Under the pieces are notes generated by a model. The model was given only the letters and a program-made list of their open reading frames with translations, was not told the DNA's origin and searched no databases. From IMG/VR virus record IMGVR_UViG_2734482781_000007, positions 1-24,254 of that record: a stretch of DNA of 24,254 nt; one strand, written 5' to 3'. The stretch's first letter is position 1; every line of letters begins with the position of its first letter. A program made the translations under genes and the position numbers. Positions 12,941 to 21,680 of the stretch are shown one piece after another. This DNA is from a virus. Its lineage: Duplodnaviria > Heunggongvirae > Uroviricota > Caudoviricetes.

Positions 12941-14691
12941 CAGAACTCCATAACCGTGAAACGCTCGTTTTCTCCTTCGCCGCCAATCGGTTCGTTAATG
13001 ACAGCAAGCATGGTTGCCCACGCAAGGTCGCCGTGGCTGATCCCCCTCGCGCGGTCCGTTTCGTAAGTGATAAAGCCGCCCGGTGTTTTCACCTTACGCA
13101 CGGCGTTAAAGGCCGCGACCAGCTCGCGTTCGGCGCGATCGTATTCCCACCGTCCGGCACGCATTATTTGCAGCATTTTCAGTACCAGCGACCGTTTGGA
13201 TGACAGCGTGAAGGTGTACGGAATAGCAGCAGGGAAAAACCGCTTCACTATCTGATAAACAGCCTCCCCGTTCCCGCCCGTCACATCAATGCCGATGTGT
13301 TCCACGTTGTAGCGACGCGTGAACTCTTCAATGACTCTGGCCTGTTCTTCAAACTCCAGCCCCTGAACGCGTCGTGTCTCCACCGTTCGAAAACGGCCAC
13401 CAGGAACAGCCGGAGGAACCACCACGGACACAGCGCCGCTGTCGCCGTTGCCACTGCTGCCGTTTGCGTCATACCCAATCCATACCGGACGATTCCCCAT
13501 CGGGCGGGGAGCAAAAGGTTTCCAGTCTTTCCAGTCGTCGTATCCGTCAACACCGCAGCCAATCAGGATATTCAGGTTAAACGCCGATTCCCCTTCGCGA
13601 ACAAACTCACACATATAGAGATTGAGGAACTCGTCTTCGGTGTTTTCATCACGAATTTCATCAATATCGGTGTGTTTCCAGCCGTGATTAACCACATCTT
13701 CCAGCGTGACAATTTGCCGCCACGTCCGGTCAGGGCAGATAAGCCCGTTATGCAGCGTTTTCCAGTCCACAGAAAAACGCTGGCGTTTATGCGTGGCCTT
13801 TTTCTCGTTCCAGCGGTCGCCGTTCCAGTAGGCGTATGCCTCGTGCGTTTCGGTGGATGGCGTGGAGAAGTAGGTGCGCCGCAGTCCGCTGAGGGTTGCC
13901 ATAGCGCCAGCCACCTTGCGCAGTTCAGCAAAGCGACTGACCCAGAAGAATTCATCAAAATAAAAATTGCCCGTATAGGACTGTGCCGACGCAGCAGAAG
14001 TGCCGAGAAAATGCAGCTCTGCGCCGTTGGAGAGGATGATTTTATCGCCCCCTTTCAGCTCCACATCAACTTCAGCCGCGGCCTTCTGAATAATGCTTTT
14101 AAACTGGAACGCCTGACGACGCGACGCAGACAAAAAAATCTGGTTACGCTGGTAAGGTTGCGCCACATCGTCACGCAGCGCCATCAGCAGAGCTTCCTGT
14201 GCAAAATACCAGGTCGCCCCAATCTGTCGGGATTTCAGGATCATCCTGTTACGTATCCCTGCTTCCCTGCAAAGGGTCAGGGAGTCAAACCAGCCCCGCT
14301 GATGCCACTCCAGCCTGCTGATGATTTTTTCCCGCAGTGCGGCAATCTGTTCCGGCGTGAAATGATTTTTGAGTTTTTTCGCCCGGCCTTTCTTTCCTGC
14401 GGCCATCACATCCTGCTGGCCATCATGCAGCTTTTTAAGCTGCCGGGTCAGCAGGTCTATTTCCTTAAAGTCACCGCCTGTTTTATTCTGTTTTTCAGTA
14501 AGCTGGATGAGGCGCGCATCGATGGACTGCGTGACACGCTGCACGGGTGGCGTTTCATCCCACTGGTCACGTTTTTTCCACGCATAAATCGTGTTCGGGT
14601 TTATTCCCATCAGACGTGATATTTCTGCGGGCGGATAACCCTGCCAGTAAAGTTGCCGCGCACGCTGGCGCACAAAAGCGTCCTGAATCAT
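12940..14691 (-). CDS. P: Terminase large (ATPase) subunit gpP
   Basis: 583-aa ORF with N-terminal HTH-like segment (MIQDAFVRQRARQLYWQGYPPAEISRLMGINPNTIYAWKKRDQWDE); size, strand and position upstream of the portal match P2 P; GGGGGAG SD. Confidence 0.85.
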   Translation of the reverse strand: MIQDAFVRQRARQLYWQGYPPAEISRLMGINPNTIYAWKKRDQWDETPPVQRVTQSIDARLIQLTEKQNKTGGDFKEIDLLTRQLKKLHDGQQDVMAAGKKGRAKKLKNHFTPEQIAALREKIISRLEWHQRGWFDSLTLCREAGIRNRMILKSRQIGATWYFAQEALLMALRDDVAQPYQRNQIFLSASRRQAFQFKSIIQKAAAEVDVELKGGDKIILSNGAELHFLGTSAASAQSYTGNFYFDEFFWVSRFAELRKVAGAMATLSGLRRTYFSTPSTETHEAYAYWNGDRWNEKKATHKRQRFSVDWKTLHNGLICPDRTWRQIVTLEDVVNHGWKHTDIDEIRDENTEDEFLNLYMCEFVREGESAFNLNILIGCGVDGYDDWKDWKPFAPRPMGNRPVWIGYDANGSSGNGDSGAVSVVVPPAVPGGRFRTVETRRVQGLEFEEQARVIEEFTRRYNVEHIGIDVTGGNGEAVYQIVKRFFPAAIPYTFTLSSKRSLVLKMLQIMRAGRWEYDRAERELVAAFNAVRKVKTPGGFITYETDRARGISHGDLAWATMLAVINEPIGGEGENERFTVMEF

Positions 14692-14845
14692 TGCTCCCCC
14701 TGAGTAATTACAGGAAGATTACCCGCGCGCGAAACTGTTCTCCTTAACCCTCTGTTCTGACTGTTTTCTTACAACAAAAGCCCTTTGTATCAGCCTGTTA
14801 CGCTTTGCCATCATGACTGAAGAACCAGTCAGAGGGGCAAAAACT
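14692..14845. promoter_or_regulatory. Divergent late-promoter region between P (leftward) and O (rightward)
   Basis: 154-bp gap between divergent late operons; in P2 this holds the Ogr-activated promoters. No clear TGT-N12-ACA activator site was found by eye. Confidence 0.4.
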
Positions 14846-15682
14846 ATGGCTAATGAAAAAAAGACATCCCGCAAAAAGTTTCGCGTGGCTGTCTCCGGAT
14901 CAACTGTTGATGGCCGTGAAATCAGTCCGGTGCATCTGCGTGAAGCCGCCGAGAACTTCAACCCGGATGTTTACGCTGCCCGCGTGAACGTTGAGCACTA
15001 TCTCTCGCCATGCCCGTCAAGCGAATTTTCCGCAATGGGCGATGTCACCGCACTGAGTACGGAAGACATTACGGAAGGTCCGCTGGCCGGACGTACTGCG
15101 CTGTATGCAGAAATCGAACCGACCGAGCGCATGAAGCAGCTTGTCGCGGACGGCAAGAAAATCTATTCCAGTATCGAACTGCACCCGCAGTTCTCCGTTA
15201 ACGGGCGCGCCTATCTGGTCGGGCTGGCGATGACCGACACCCCGGCAAGCCTGGGCACTGAGCGCCTGAAATTCACGGCACAGCAACGTCAGGCGGTGAT
15301 GACGTTCAACAGTATCCAGGGTGAAGCGCCGCTTATCTCCGAAGCCATCGAGTCTGAAATCATCGAAATGGCAGAACAACGCCAGGAAGAAGGCACCCAG
15401 TGGTTTAACCGCGTAATGGGGATTATTGGCCGTGGCCGCAAAGCGGATGACGCCAGTTTTTCCCGTATTCAGGAAGCGGTGGAAGGCGTCGCAACGTCAC
15501 AGGCCGACATTATCGACCGTTTTAATGTGCTGGAAACCCGCCATCAGCAGGACCGCCAGAAAATTACGTCACTGACCACAGAGCTGGCAGCACTGAAGGA
15601 AAAACTGCGCACGCAGGACGGCGATCCGCAGAACCGGTTCACCGCAACAGGTGCAGCCTCCGACCAGCTGGCTGACTTCTGA
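14846..15682 (+). CDS. O: Capsid scaffolding protein gpO
   Basis: Start chosen at ATG 14846 (MANEKKTSRKKFRVAVSG; AGAGGGG SD), which parallels the P2 O N-terminus as recalled; ORF-track start 14813 is an upstream in-frame ATG. Confidence 0.8.
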   Translation: MANEKKTSRKKFRVAVSGSTVDGREISPVHLREAAENFNPDVYAARVNVEHYLSPCPSSEFSAMGDVTALSTEDITEGPLAGRTALYAEIEPTERMKQLVADGKKIYSSIELHPQFSVNGRAYLVGLAMTDTPASLGTERLKFTAQQRQAVMTFNSIQGEAPLISEAIESEIIEMAEQRQEEGTQWFNRVMGIIGRGRKADDASFSRIQEAVEGVATSQADIIDRFNVLETRHQQDRQKITSLTTELAALKEKLRTQDGDPQNRFTATGAASDQLADF

Positions 15683-15705
15683 TAAGACAAAGGAGCAAAT
15701 TTTTT

Positions 15706-16758
15706 ATGAATCTGGTGATGTCAGATATTACCCGCAACAAGCTGGGTTGCTATATGGCGCAGCAGGCGTCGCTTAATAATATTCCGGTTTCCGCACTGGT
15801 ATCGCGATTTACCGTGGAACCCTCGGTGCAGCAGCGTTTTGAAAACGCCTCAAAGGAAAGCACCGAATTTACAAAAAGAATTAACGTGATCGGCGTGACC
15901 GACCAGAAAGGCGAAAAAATCCTCCCGGACACCACCGGGCCAATTGCACGCACGAATACCAGTTATGACGGCACAAAACGCCGTAACCCGAATAACGTGG
16001 TTGATCTGAAAAACCGCAAATACCAGTGCGAACAGGTGAACTACGACACGTTTATTTCATATCCGCAGCTTGATGCCTGGGCGGCACATCCTGATTTTCA
16101 GTCCCGCATCAGCGCACAGATTGCCCGACAGGTGGCGCTTGACCGCATCATGATCGGTTTCAACGGCACGTCTCACGCGGATGAGTCCAACTTCAGCACC
16201 AACAAGCTGCTTCAGGACGTTAACGTGGGATGGCTGGAGCACATCAGAACCGACGCCAGCGAACGCGTTATGAATGACGTGACGCTGACCTCCCGCAACA
16301 TGGACAACACCGTGGCGCACGCGGGTAAGTATGCGAACGCTGATGCACTGGTACAGGACGCGCGTTCATCCCTGCTGGATGAATGGCACAAGGAAGCTGA
16401 CGACCTTGTGGTGATTATGGGGCGCAACCTGTTTAACTCGCTGCGTCTGCCCGTGCTGAACAGCATCAGCGGCCAGAATCCCAATGCGGAATTACTTGCC
16501 GGGCAGCTCATCCTGTCATCGCGCACCATTGGCGGGCTGGGCGTGTTCCTTGCGCCGTTCTTCCCGGATGCAACGATGCTGATCACCTCGTTCAACAACC
16601 TGTCGATTTACTGGCAGAAAGGTTCAATGCGTCGCCTGATGAAAGACGAGCCGGAATACAACCGCATCGCCACCTACCAGTCCATCAATGACGCTTATGT
16701 CGTTGAAGACTATGGCAAGTGCGCGATGGTCACTGGCCTGAAGTTCGCCGACAGCTAA
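15706..16758 (+). CDS. N: Major capsid protein gpN
   Basis: 350-aa ORF; segments FTVEPSVQQRF, GEKI, NKYQCEQVNYDTFISY, LITSFNNLSIYWQ and YVVEDY parallel P2 N as recalled. Confidence 0.85.
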   Translation: MNLVMSDITRNKLGCYMAQQASLNNIPVSALVSRFTVEPSVQQRFENASKESTEFTKRINVIGVTDQKGEKILPDTTGPIARTNTSYDGTKRRNPNNVVDLKNRKYQCEQVNYDTFISYPQLDAWAAHPDFQSRISAQIARQVALDRIMIGFNGTSHADESNFSTNKLLQDVNVGWLEHIRTDASERVMNDVTLTSRNMDNTVAHAGKYANADALVQDARSSLLDEWHKEADDLVVIMGRNLFNSLRLPVLNSISGQNPNAELLAGQLILSSRTIGGLGVFLAPFFPDATMLITSFNNLSIYWQKGSMRRLMKDEPEYNRIATYQSINDAYVVEDYGKCAMVTGLKFADS

Positions 16759-16767
16759 TCAACTCAC

Positions 16768-16786
16768 GGCGGGCATCATGCCCGCC
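16768..16786 (+). other. 9-bp-stem hairpin directly after the major capsid gene
   Basis: GGCGGGCAT-C-ATGCCCGCC; no U-tract, so more likely an mRNA stabiliser or partial terminator than a full terminator. Confidence 0.4.
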
Positions 16787-16803
16787 AGTAACGGAGAGAA
16801 CAA

Positions 16804-17604
16804 ATGATTACTCCTGCACAGCAACACTGGCAGAACGTGATGGCACAGCGCGCAGGCCGGGCGAATGAAGGCGTGGACCACGCCGCGCGTACCGCGCATG
16901 AAGAGGTGCTGTATCGTCTGCGTCTGGCACAGGCCCGGCTTAAGGGCGTACAGGCCAGAAGCGCGAAAGCCGCCATCAAAAAAGAGTTGTTGCCGGATTT
17001 TTCCGGCTGGATTGAGGGAACGCTGGAGGCTGACGGCGGGCAGCAGGATGAAGTGATTGCCACGCTGATGGTGTGGGCGATTGACTGTGGCGATCTTCCG
17101 CTTGCGCTGCGTATCGGCGCGTATGTGGTCCGTCACAACCTCATCATGCCGGATAACTTTGGCCGTACTGCTGCCACGGTACTGACCGAAGAAATCTGTA
17201 ATCCGGTACTGACGCAGGCCGGGACGGATGCCGACGCGGATTTGTCCGCCTTTATCGAACCACTGGACACCCTCCGGGAGATTGTCACCGACCAGGACAT
17301 GCCGGACGAAGTGCGCGCCAAATTATGCAAAGCGTGCGCCTTTGTCCGCCGTGGCCTGAGTGATGCGGACAGCATGGCCCTGTCACTGAAGCTGCTGCGC
17401 GAAGCAATGCACCTGAACCCGAACGCAGGTGTGAAACGCGAGATTGCAACCCTTTCCCGCGCCCTGAAAAAAGCCGATTCCGCAGCCGCACCAGAAGACG
17501 CCAGCACACAGCAGGCGCAGGACGAAAGCAGCAAAAGTAAAAAGACAACGCGGAAGCCTGCAACACGAAAAACCACCGCGACGCAGAAGGCGAAGCGCGG
17601 TTAA
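16804..17604 (+). CDS. M: Terminase small (endonuclease) subunit gpM
   Basis: 266-aa ORF at the P2 M position after N; basic Lys/Thr/Arg-rich C-terminal tail. Confidence 0.75.
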   Translation: MITPAQQHWQNVMAQRAGRANEGVDHAARTAHEEVLYRLRLAQARLKGVQARSAKAAIKKELLPDFSGWIEGTLEADGGQQDEVIATLMVWAIDCGDLPLALRIGAYVVRHNLIMPDNFGRTAATVLTEEICNPVLTQAGTDADADLSAFIEPLDTLREIVTDQDMPDEVRAKLCKACAFVRRGLSDADSMALSLKLLREAMHLNPNAGVKREIATLSRALKKADSAAAPEDASTQQAQDESSKSKKTTRKPATRKTTATQKAKRG

Positions 17605-17630
17605 CGACTGACCCCGTCAGCGGGCGGCGT

Positions 17631-17690
17631 GCGCGGTGTTCCGGTTTGACTCCGTGACCGTTTACACCGCGCACCCACCGCCCGATTTTT
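17631..17690 (+). other. Structured M-L intergenic element: 9-bp inverted repeat GCGCGGTGT / ACACCGCGC enclosing 24 nt, then a T6 run
   Basis: Arms at 17631-17639 and 17664-17672; T-run at 17685-17690. Confidence 0.35.
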
Positions 17691-17705
17691 TCAGGAGTGA
17701 ACCCC

Positions 17706-18200
17706 ATGAGTATGGTTGCCAGAACCAACCCCGGACCCGCAGAGGACGACATCACCGATACCGATGATGGTGATACCCGTATTTCAGCAGGTGCATTCTG
17801 GCCGGATATTGTGCTGCGTGAACTGCGTCTGGCGGTACGACTGCCGGGCCGTGTGACCACCTCCCGCCTGCTGCATACCGCCACCGGGGCCGTGGCACAC
17901 GTTACCCGCGAGCTGGAAGCGTGGCAGCAGGAACAGCAGGCGGCTGGCCATCAGACGCTGGCCGATGTTCCGGCACCCGTAATTAACGGAGAAAGCGTCA
18001 ATCTCTGGCACTGGCGCAATGCGGTTTACACCGCCACACGCGCCCTGATTCTGGAGCGTTACCGCGATGCGGACACAACGGACAAGGGCGACCGCCGGGC
18101 GGACGCACTGGATATACAGACATCGGATTTGTGGCGCGATGTGAGCTGGGCCATCTCTGACATTCTGTGCCGCCCGCGAATCTTTGCGGAGTTGTGCTGA
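17706..18200 (+). CDS. L: Head completion/stabilisation protein gpL
   Basis: Start taken at ATG 17706 (CAGGAG SD 8 nt upstream; ORF-track start 17697 is GTG); 164 aa; position and size match P2 L; stop overlaps the X start. Confidence 0.75.
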   Translation: MSMVARTNPGPAEDDITDTDDGDTRISAGAFWPDIVLRELRLAVRLPGRVTTSRLLHTATGAVAHVTRELEAWQQEQQAAGHQTLADVPAPVINGESVNLWHWRNAVYTATRALILERYRDADTTDKGDRRADALDIQTSDLWRDVSWAISDILCRPRIFAELC

Positions 18201-18400
18201 TGAAAGTGAAGGCACTGGAAGGCGACACCGTGGATTCGCTCTGTTTCCGGTACTACGGCACGACGCAGGGCGTCACCGAAAAGGTGCTGGATGCCAACCC
18301 CGGACTCTGTCAGCAGGTATTTCTGGACGCTGGGCAGGAAGTGGAGATGCCGGAGCCGGAGAAGAAGAAACGAGAAATGATTCAGTTGTGGGGGGAGTAG
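18200..18400 (+). CDS. X: Tail protein gpX (LysM-like)
   Basis: 66-aa product MKVKALEGDTVDSLCFRYYGTTQGVTEKVLDANPGL parallels P2 X (MKTFALQGDTLDAICVRYYGRTEGVVETVLAANPGL as recalled); ATG overlaps the L stop. Confidence 0.85.
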   Translation: MKVKALEGDTVDSLCFRYYGTTQGVTEKVLDANPGLCQQVFLDAGQEVEMPEPEKKKREMIQLWGE

Positions 18401-18402
18401 CA

Positions 18403-18726
18403 GTGAGCACCATTCAAACAGGGATCACAGAGCAGGTTATTGCGTGGCTCTTTGACCACCTGCCAACGGTGTATGCAGTAGGCGCGGCGGTCAGCATTTC
18501 CGCGCTGATGAGTCTTTATGACGGACGAACACTGGTTCAGACCGTAACGGGATCGCTGGCGTGCGGCGTTCTTGCCATGGCCGTGGCCGGGTCGTTGCGC
18601 TTCTTCGGTTTTCCTGAAGATGCCGTGACGTTTATCGGCGCATCAATCGGTTTTATGGGCGCAGAGAAAGCACGCGACAAGGTTATTGCAGCCTTTAATC
18701 GCAGGGTGAAGGAGAAGGACGAATGA
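18403..18726 (+). CDS. Putative holin (three predicted TM segments), GTG start
   Basis: 107-aa ORF from GTG 18403 with GGGGGAG SD; hydrophobic segments AVGAAVSISALMSLY, VTGSLACGVLAMAVAGSL and VTFIGASIGFMGA, charged C-terminus; sits directly before the endolysin. Not recognisably similar to P2 Y. Confidence 0.55.
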   Translation: MSTIQTGITEQVIAWLFDHLPTVYAVGAAVSISALMSLYDGRTLVQTVTGSLACGVLAMAVAGSLRFFGFPEDAVTFIGASIGFMGAEKARDKVIAAFNRRVKEKDE

Positions 18727-19115
18727 GCAACACATTTAAATTCAGCAGCCGGAGCGAAAAGAATTTGCAGGGCGTAAATCCTGATCTGGTGAAAGTGACC
18801 CGACGGGCACTGGAAATTTCGGAAGTGGATTTTGGTATCACCGAAGGGTTGCGCAGCCGTTACCGCCAGAAGCAACTTGTGGCCACAGGTAAGAGCCAGA
18901 CCATGAACAGCCGCCACCTTACGGGACATGCCGTGGATGTTGTGGCTTATATCGGCAGCCAGGTGTCATGGGAATGGCCGCTGTACGAAAAAATCGCAGC
19001 AGCATTCAGACAGGCCAGCCGGGAACTGAATATTCCGGTGGAATGGGGCGGCGACTGGAAGACCCTGAAAGACGGACCGCATTTTCAGTTACCACACGGA
19101 GCCTATCCGGCATGA
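18723..19115 (+). CDS. Endolysin, M15/VanY-type L-alanyl-D-glutamate peptidase
   Basis: 130-aa ORF with zinc-ligand pattern SRHLTGHAVDV ... DGPHFQL (H-x6-D ... H) typical of LAS/M15 peptidases; located between holin and spanins. Confidence 0.75.
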   Translation: MSNTFKFSSRSEKNLQGVNPDLVKVTRRALEISEVDFGITEGLRSRYRQKQLVATGKSQTMNSRHLTGHAVDVVAYIGSQVSWEWPLYEKIAAAFRQASRELNIPVEWGGDWKTLKDGPHFQLPHGAYPA

Positions 19116-19519
19116 AGCTCTGGCCCACGCTTGGCGTCGCTTTCCTTCTGATTGCCGGATGGGGAACATCCATGCGTCTGTCGTGGTCGCTGGGCCGGGA
19201 GAACGCCAGAAACGAAGCGCAGGCCAGCGCCCTGAAAAGCACCGTCGACACCCTGAATATCATCAGCACCGGGGTACAGGATATGCAGCAGGTGCTGGCG
19301 CAACTCCGCGTGGAAAATCAACAGAGAAATCAGGACGGAGAGGCCAGACGTGAACAGCTACGCAACGATATTGCAAAAGATGAATGCGCCCACGCTTTGC
19401 CTGACGCTCGTTTTACTGACAGGTTGCGCAGGCACGCAGAACGCGCCACTGCCAGCGCCGTCAGTCCGGCTTATACCGCAGACGCTGACCATACCGGTAA
19501 CGCCTCCCCCCTTCCCTGA
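19112..19519 (+). CDS. lysB: Inner-membrane spanin (LysB/Rz-like)
   Basis: ATG 19112 overlaps the endolysin stop; N-terminal TM (MKLWPTLGVAFLLIAGWG) then coiled-coil-like region; contains the embedded o-spanin gene. Confidence 0.7.
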   Translation: MKLWPTLGVAFLLIAGWGTSMRLSWSLGRENARNEAQASALKSTVDTLNIISTGVQDMQQVLAQLRVENQQRNQDGEARREQLRNDIAKDECAHALPDARFTDRLRRHAERATASAVSPAYTADADHTGNASPLP

Positions 19520-19670
19520 CACTCCCACATGGGGAAATCTCGGTATATGGGGCGACCGCCTTCTGGATGCACTGGAAACCTGTAACGCGGATAAACGGGC
19601 CATTGAATTACTGGAACAGCGCAGGCTGCAACGACTGAACAACGAGGACAACAACCATGCTGAAAACTGA
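19380..19670 (+). CDS. lysC: Outer-membrane lipoprotein spanin (LysC/Rz1-like), embedded in and extending past lysB
   Basis: +1-frame ORF; from ATG 19380 the product MNAPTLCLTLVLLTGCAG has a lipobox, followed by a Pro-rich segment; alternative GTG start at 19350. Confidence 0.65.
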   Translation: MNAPTLCLTLVLLTGCAGTQNAPLPAPSVRLIPQTLTIPVTPPPFPDTPTWGNLGIWGDRLLDALETCNADKRAIELLEQRRLQRLNNEDNNHAEN

Positions 19671-20124
19671 TTCCCTGCGTGAAGCCATGACCCGTTCATG
19701 CCGATGGTGTCAGGCTAACCCGGAAAAATTCACCATTTTCGTGGAGAGCGGCAACATTGAAACGACCGGAGAAACGCCCTCGTTTGTTTACCGCTATCAG
19801 ATGGTGATGTTTGTCATGGATTACGCCGGAGAGCTGGACGACCTCACGCTGCCGCTGCTGGCGTGGTTATCCGAAAATCAGCCACAGTTGTTGCTCAATC
19901 CGGAGCGTAATCAGGACATCAAATTTTCCGCCGTTATCAATGACGATGACAGCGCCGATCTCCTGTTTACGCTCCCCCTGCAGGAACGCGTTCGCATCAC
20001 GCGCAGCAGTCAGGGCACACCGCAGGCAGAACACCTGCCGGAGCCAAAACCCCGCCTGCCATCTTCCGAAGGCGACTGGTCGCATGTATTCCAGGATGTG
20101 ACGTGGGGTGAAAGCGATGGATAA
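19657..20124 (+). CDS. R: Tail completion protein gpR
   Basis: 155-aa ORF; MLKTDSLREAMT... parallels the P2 R N-terminus as recalled; same length and position as P2 R. Confidence 0.8.
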   Translation: MLKTDSLREAMTRSCRWCQANPEKFTIFVESGNIETTGETPSFVYRYQMVMFVMDYAGELDDLTLPLLAWLSENQPQLLLNPERNQDIKFSAVINDDDSADLLFTLPLQERVRITRSSQGTPQAEHLPEPKPRLPSSEGDWSHVFQDVTWGESDG

Positions 20125-20752
20125 GGCATTCACCCGCGTGGATGAAACCTTTGAGGCCATCCGCGACAGCCTGAATCAGCAGGCCATCAATAACATCGCC
20201 AGAAAGCTGGCACAGGATTTACGCCGCGCCCAGCAGGCACGTATCCGGTCACAGAAAGCGCCGGACGGGACCGCATGGACACCACGCAAACGCCGTGTAA
20301 CCCGGATACAGGAACGCATTCGCTTTATCTGGAATAACGAAGCACGCACGCTGAAAAACTGGCATCACGACACGGGGAAATACGGGCGAACCATTACCGG
20401 GTGGGATGAGGATAAAAACAATATCCGCACGTTTTACCGGGATGACATCGACCGTTTTCTGGAAATACGCACCCGGCGCATCAACCAGGACAGCACAAAG
20501 CGCGTCCCCATGTTCGTAAAACTGCGCACCGCCCGCTACCTGAAAGCCCGTGCAGATGCTTCCGGTGTGACGGTGGGTTACAGCGGCGTGGCCGCACGTA
20601 TTGCCCGCGTTCATCAGTTCGGTGAGCGCGATCAGGTTGCGCCGGGCATTTTCACCGATTACCCGGTACGTGAGCTGTTGGGCATCAGTCAGGCAGATGA
20701 ACGCCTGATTTATAACACGGTGCTGGGCCGGATTGCGGAGGCTGTACGGTGA
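20108..20752 (+). CDS. S: Tail completion protein gpS-like (start uncertain)
   Basis: 214-aa ORF between R and V, overlapping both; longer than P2 S as recalled; assignment is positional. Confidence 0.6.
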   Translation: MKAMDKAFTRVDETFEAIRDSLNQQAINNIARKLAQDLRRAQQARIRSQKAPDGTAWTPRKRRVTRIQERIRFIWNNEARTLKNWHHDTGKYGRTITGWDEDKNNIRTFYRDDIDRFLEIRTRRINQDSTKRVPMFVKLRTARYLKARADASGVTVGYSGVAARIARVHQFGERDQVAPGIFTDYPVRELLGISQADERLIYNTVLGRIAEAVR

Positions 20753-21330
20753 GCGCAGAACTCATGCGACTGCTGAGCAATATCATCCGCACCGGGATCA
20801 TCTCTGAAGTTGATGAGAAGTCCTGGCGCGTGCGCGTTCGCAGCGGCGAACTGGAAACAGGCTGGCTGCGCTGGAACACCACGCGCGCGGGAGCCTTCAA
20901 TGTGTGGCTGCCGCCATCACCAGGCGAACAGGTGGTAATTGCCTGCATTGGCGGCAACCCGGAAACCGCCATGATAATTGGCAGCCTGTGGAGTGATGCC
21001 AATCCGGCCCCCGGCAAAAGCCTGAAAGAAATCGTGATCAGCGCGCCGGACGGCGCGGTGTTCCGCTACGACGCGGACGCAGGCGCACTGAGCGCCAGCG
21101 GCATGAAAACGGCCACTTTACAGGCATCCGTCAGCGTGAAACTGGACACGCCCGTCGTGGAATGCACAAACCTTCTGAGAACGGCGACGCTTGACGTCAC
21201 AAAAGGAGGAAAGATGAGCGGCAATATCACGCACAGCGGCGGCAACTTCACCTCAAACGGCATTACCGTGCATACGCATAAACACGGTGGCGTGAAAGGC
21301 GGCAGCGATTCGACAGGAGGCCCGCAGTGA
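20749..21330 (+). CDS. V: Baseplate spike/assembly protein gpV
   Basis: 193-aa ORF with Gly-rich C-terminus (HTHKHGGVKGGSDSTGGPQ) at the P2 V position. Confidence 0.8.
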   Translation: MSAELMRLLSNIIRTGIISEVDEKSWRVRVRSGELETGWLRWNTTRAGAFNVWLPPSPGEQVVIACIGGNPETAMIIGSLWSDANPAPGKSLKEIVISAPDGAVFRYDADAGALSASGMKTATLQASVSVKLDTPVVECTNLLRTATLDVTKGGKMSGNITHSGGNFTSNGITVHTHKHGGVKGGSDSTGGPQ

Positions 21331-21677
21331 CAACCCGCTACACAGGAATGAATCCGGACGGGACGGGAAACCTGAACGATATGGAGCACCTGAAACAGTC
21401 AGTCAGGGACATCCTGATCACCCCGCTGGCAAGCCGGGTTATGCGACGGGAATATGGCAGCCTTGTGCCTGATTTGATTGACGAACCCATGAATAACACA
21501 ACTCGTCTGCAATGCATGAGTGCTGCCGTGATTGCGCTGACACGATGGGAACCCCGCATTGCCCTGGACGCCATCGACGTTGTCTGGAAGGCAGGAGGCC
21601 GCGCCGGGGTGACGCTGTCGGGCACTGTCATGCAGACCATGCAGAATGTTGAGTTAACCATCACGCTGAGGGAGTAA
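21327..21677 (+). CDS. W: Baseplate wedge protein gpW
   Basis: 116-aa ORF overlapping the V stop; size and position match P2 W. Confidence 0.8.
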   Translation: MTTRYTGMNPDGTGNLNDMEHLKQSVRDILITPLASRVMRREYGSLVPDLIDEPMNNTTRLQCMSAAVIALTRWEPRIALDAIDVVWKAGGRAGVTLSGTVMQTMQNVELTITLRE

Positions 21678-21680
21678 ATC

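Noticed and set aside
13297-14619. 440-aa plus-strand ORF
   Set aside because: Entirely antisense to the terminase large subunit gene P; compositionally biased translation; shadow ORF.
14813-14845. Upstream in-frame start for O (ORF-track start 14813)
   Set aside because: ATG 14846 has a better SD and gives an N-terminus matching the P2 scaffold protein; the 14813 start would add 11 residues with no SD.
17133-17884. Minus-strand ORFs of 147 and 199 aa
   Set aside because: Antisense to late genes M and L, which sit in a conserved co-oriented operon; Arg/Ser-rich shadow frames.
18167-18402. Longer ORF-track readings for X (from 18167) and for the holin frame (from 18184)
   Set aside because: The X start at 18200 overlaps the L stop and gives the 66-aa P2-like product; the holin frame upstream of 18403 overlaps X and has no start codon with an SD, whereas GTG 18403 follows GGGGGAG.
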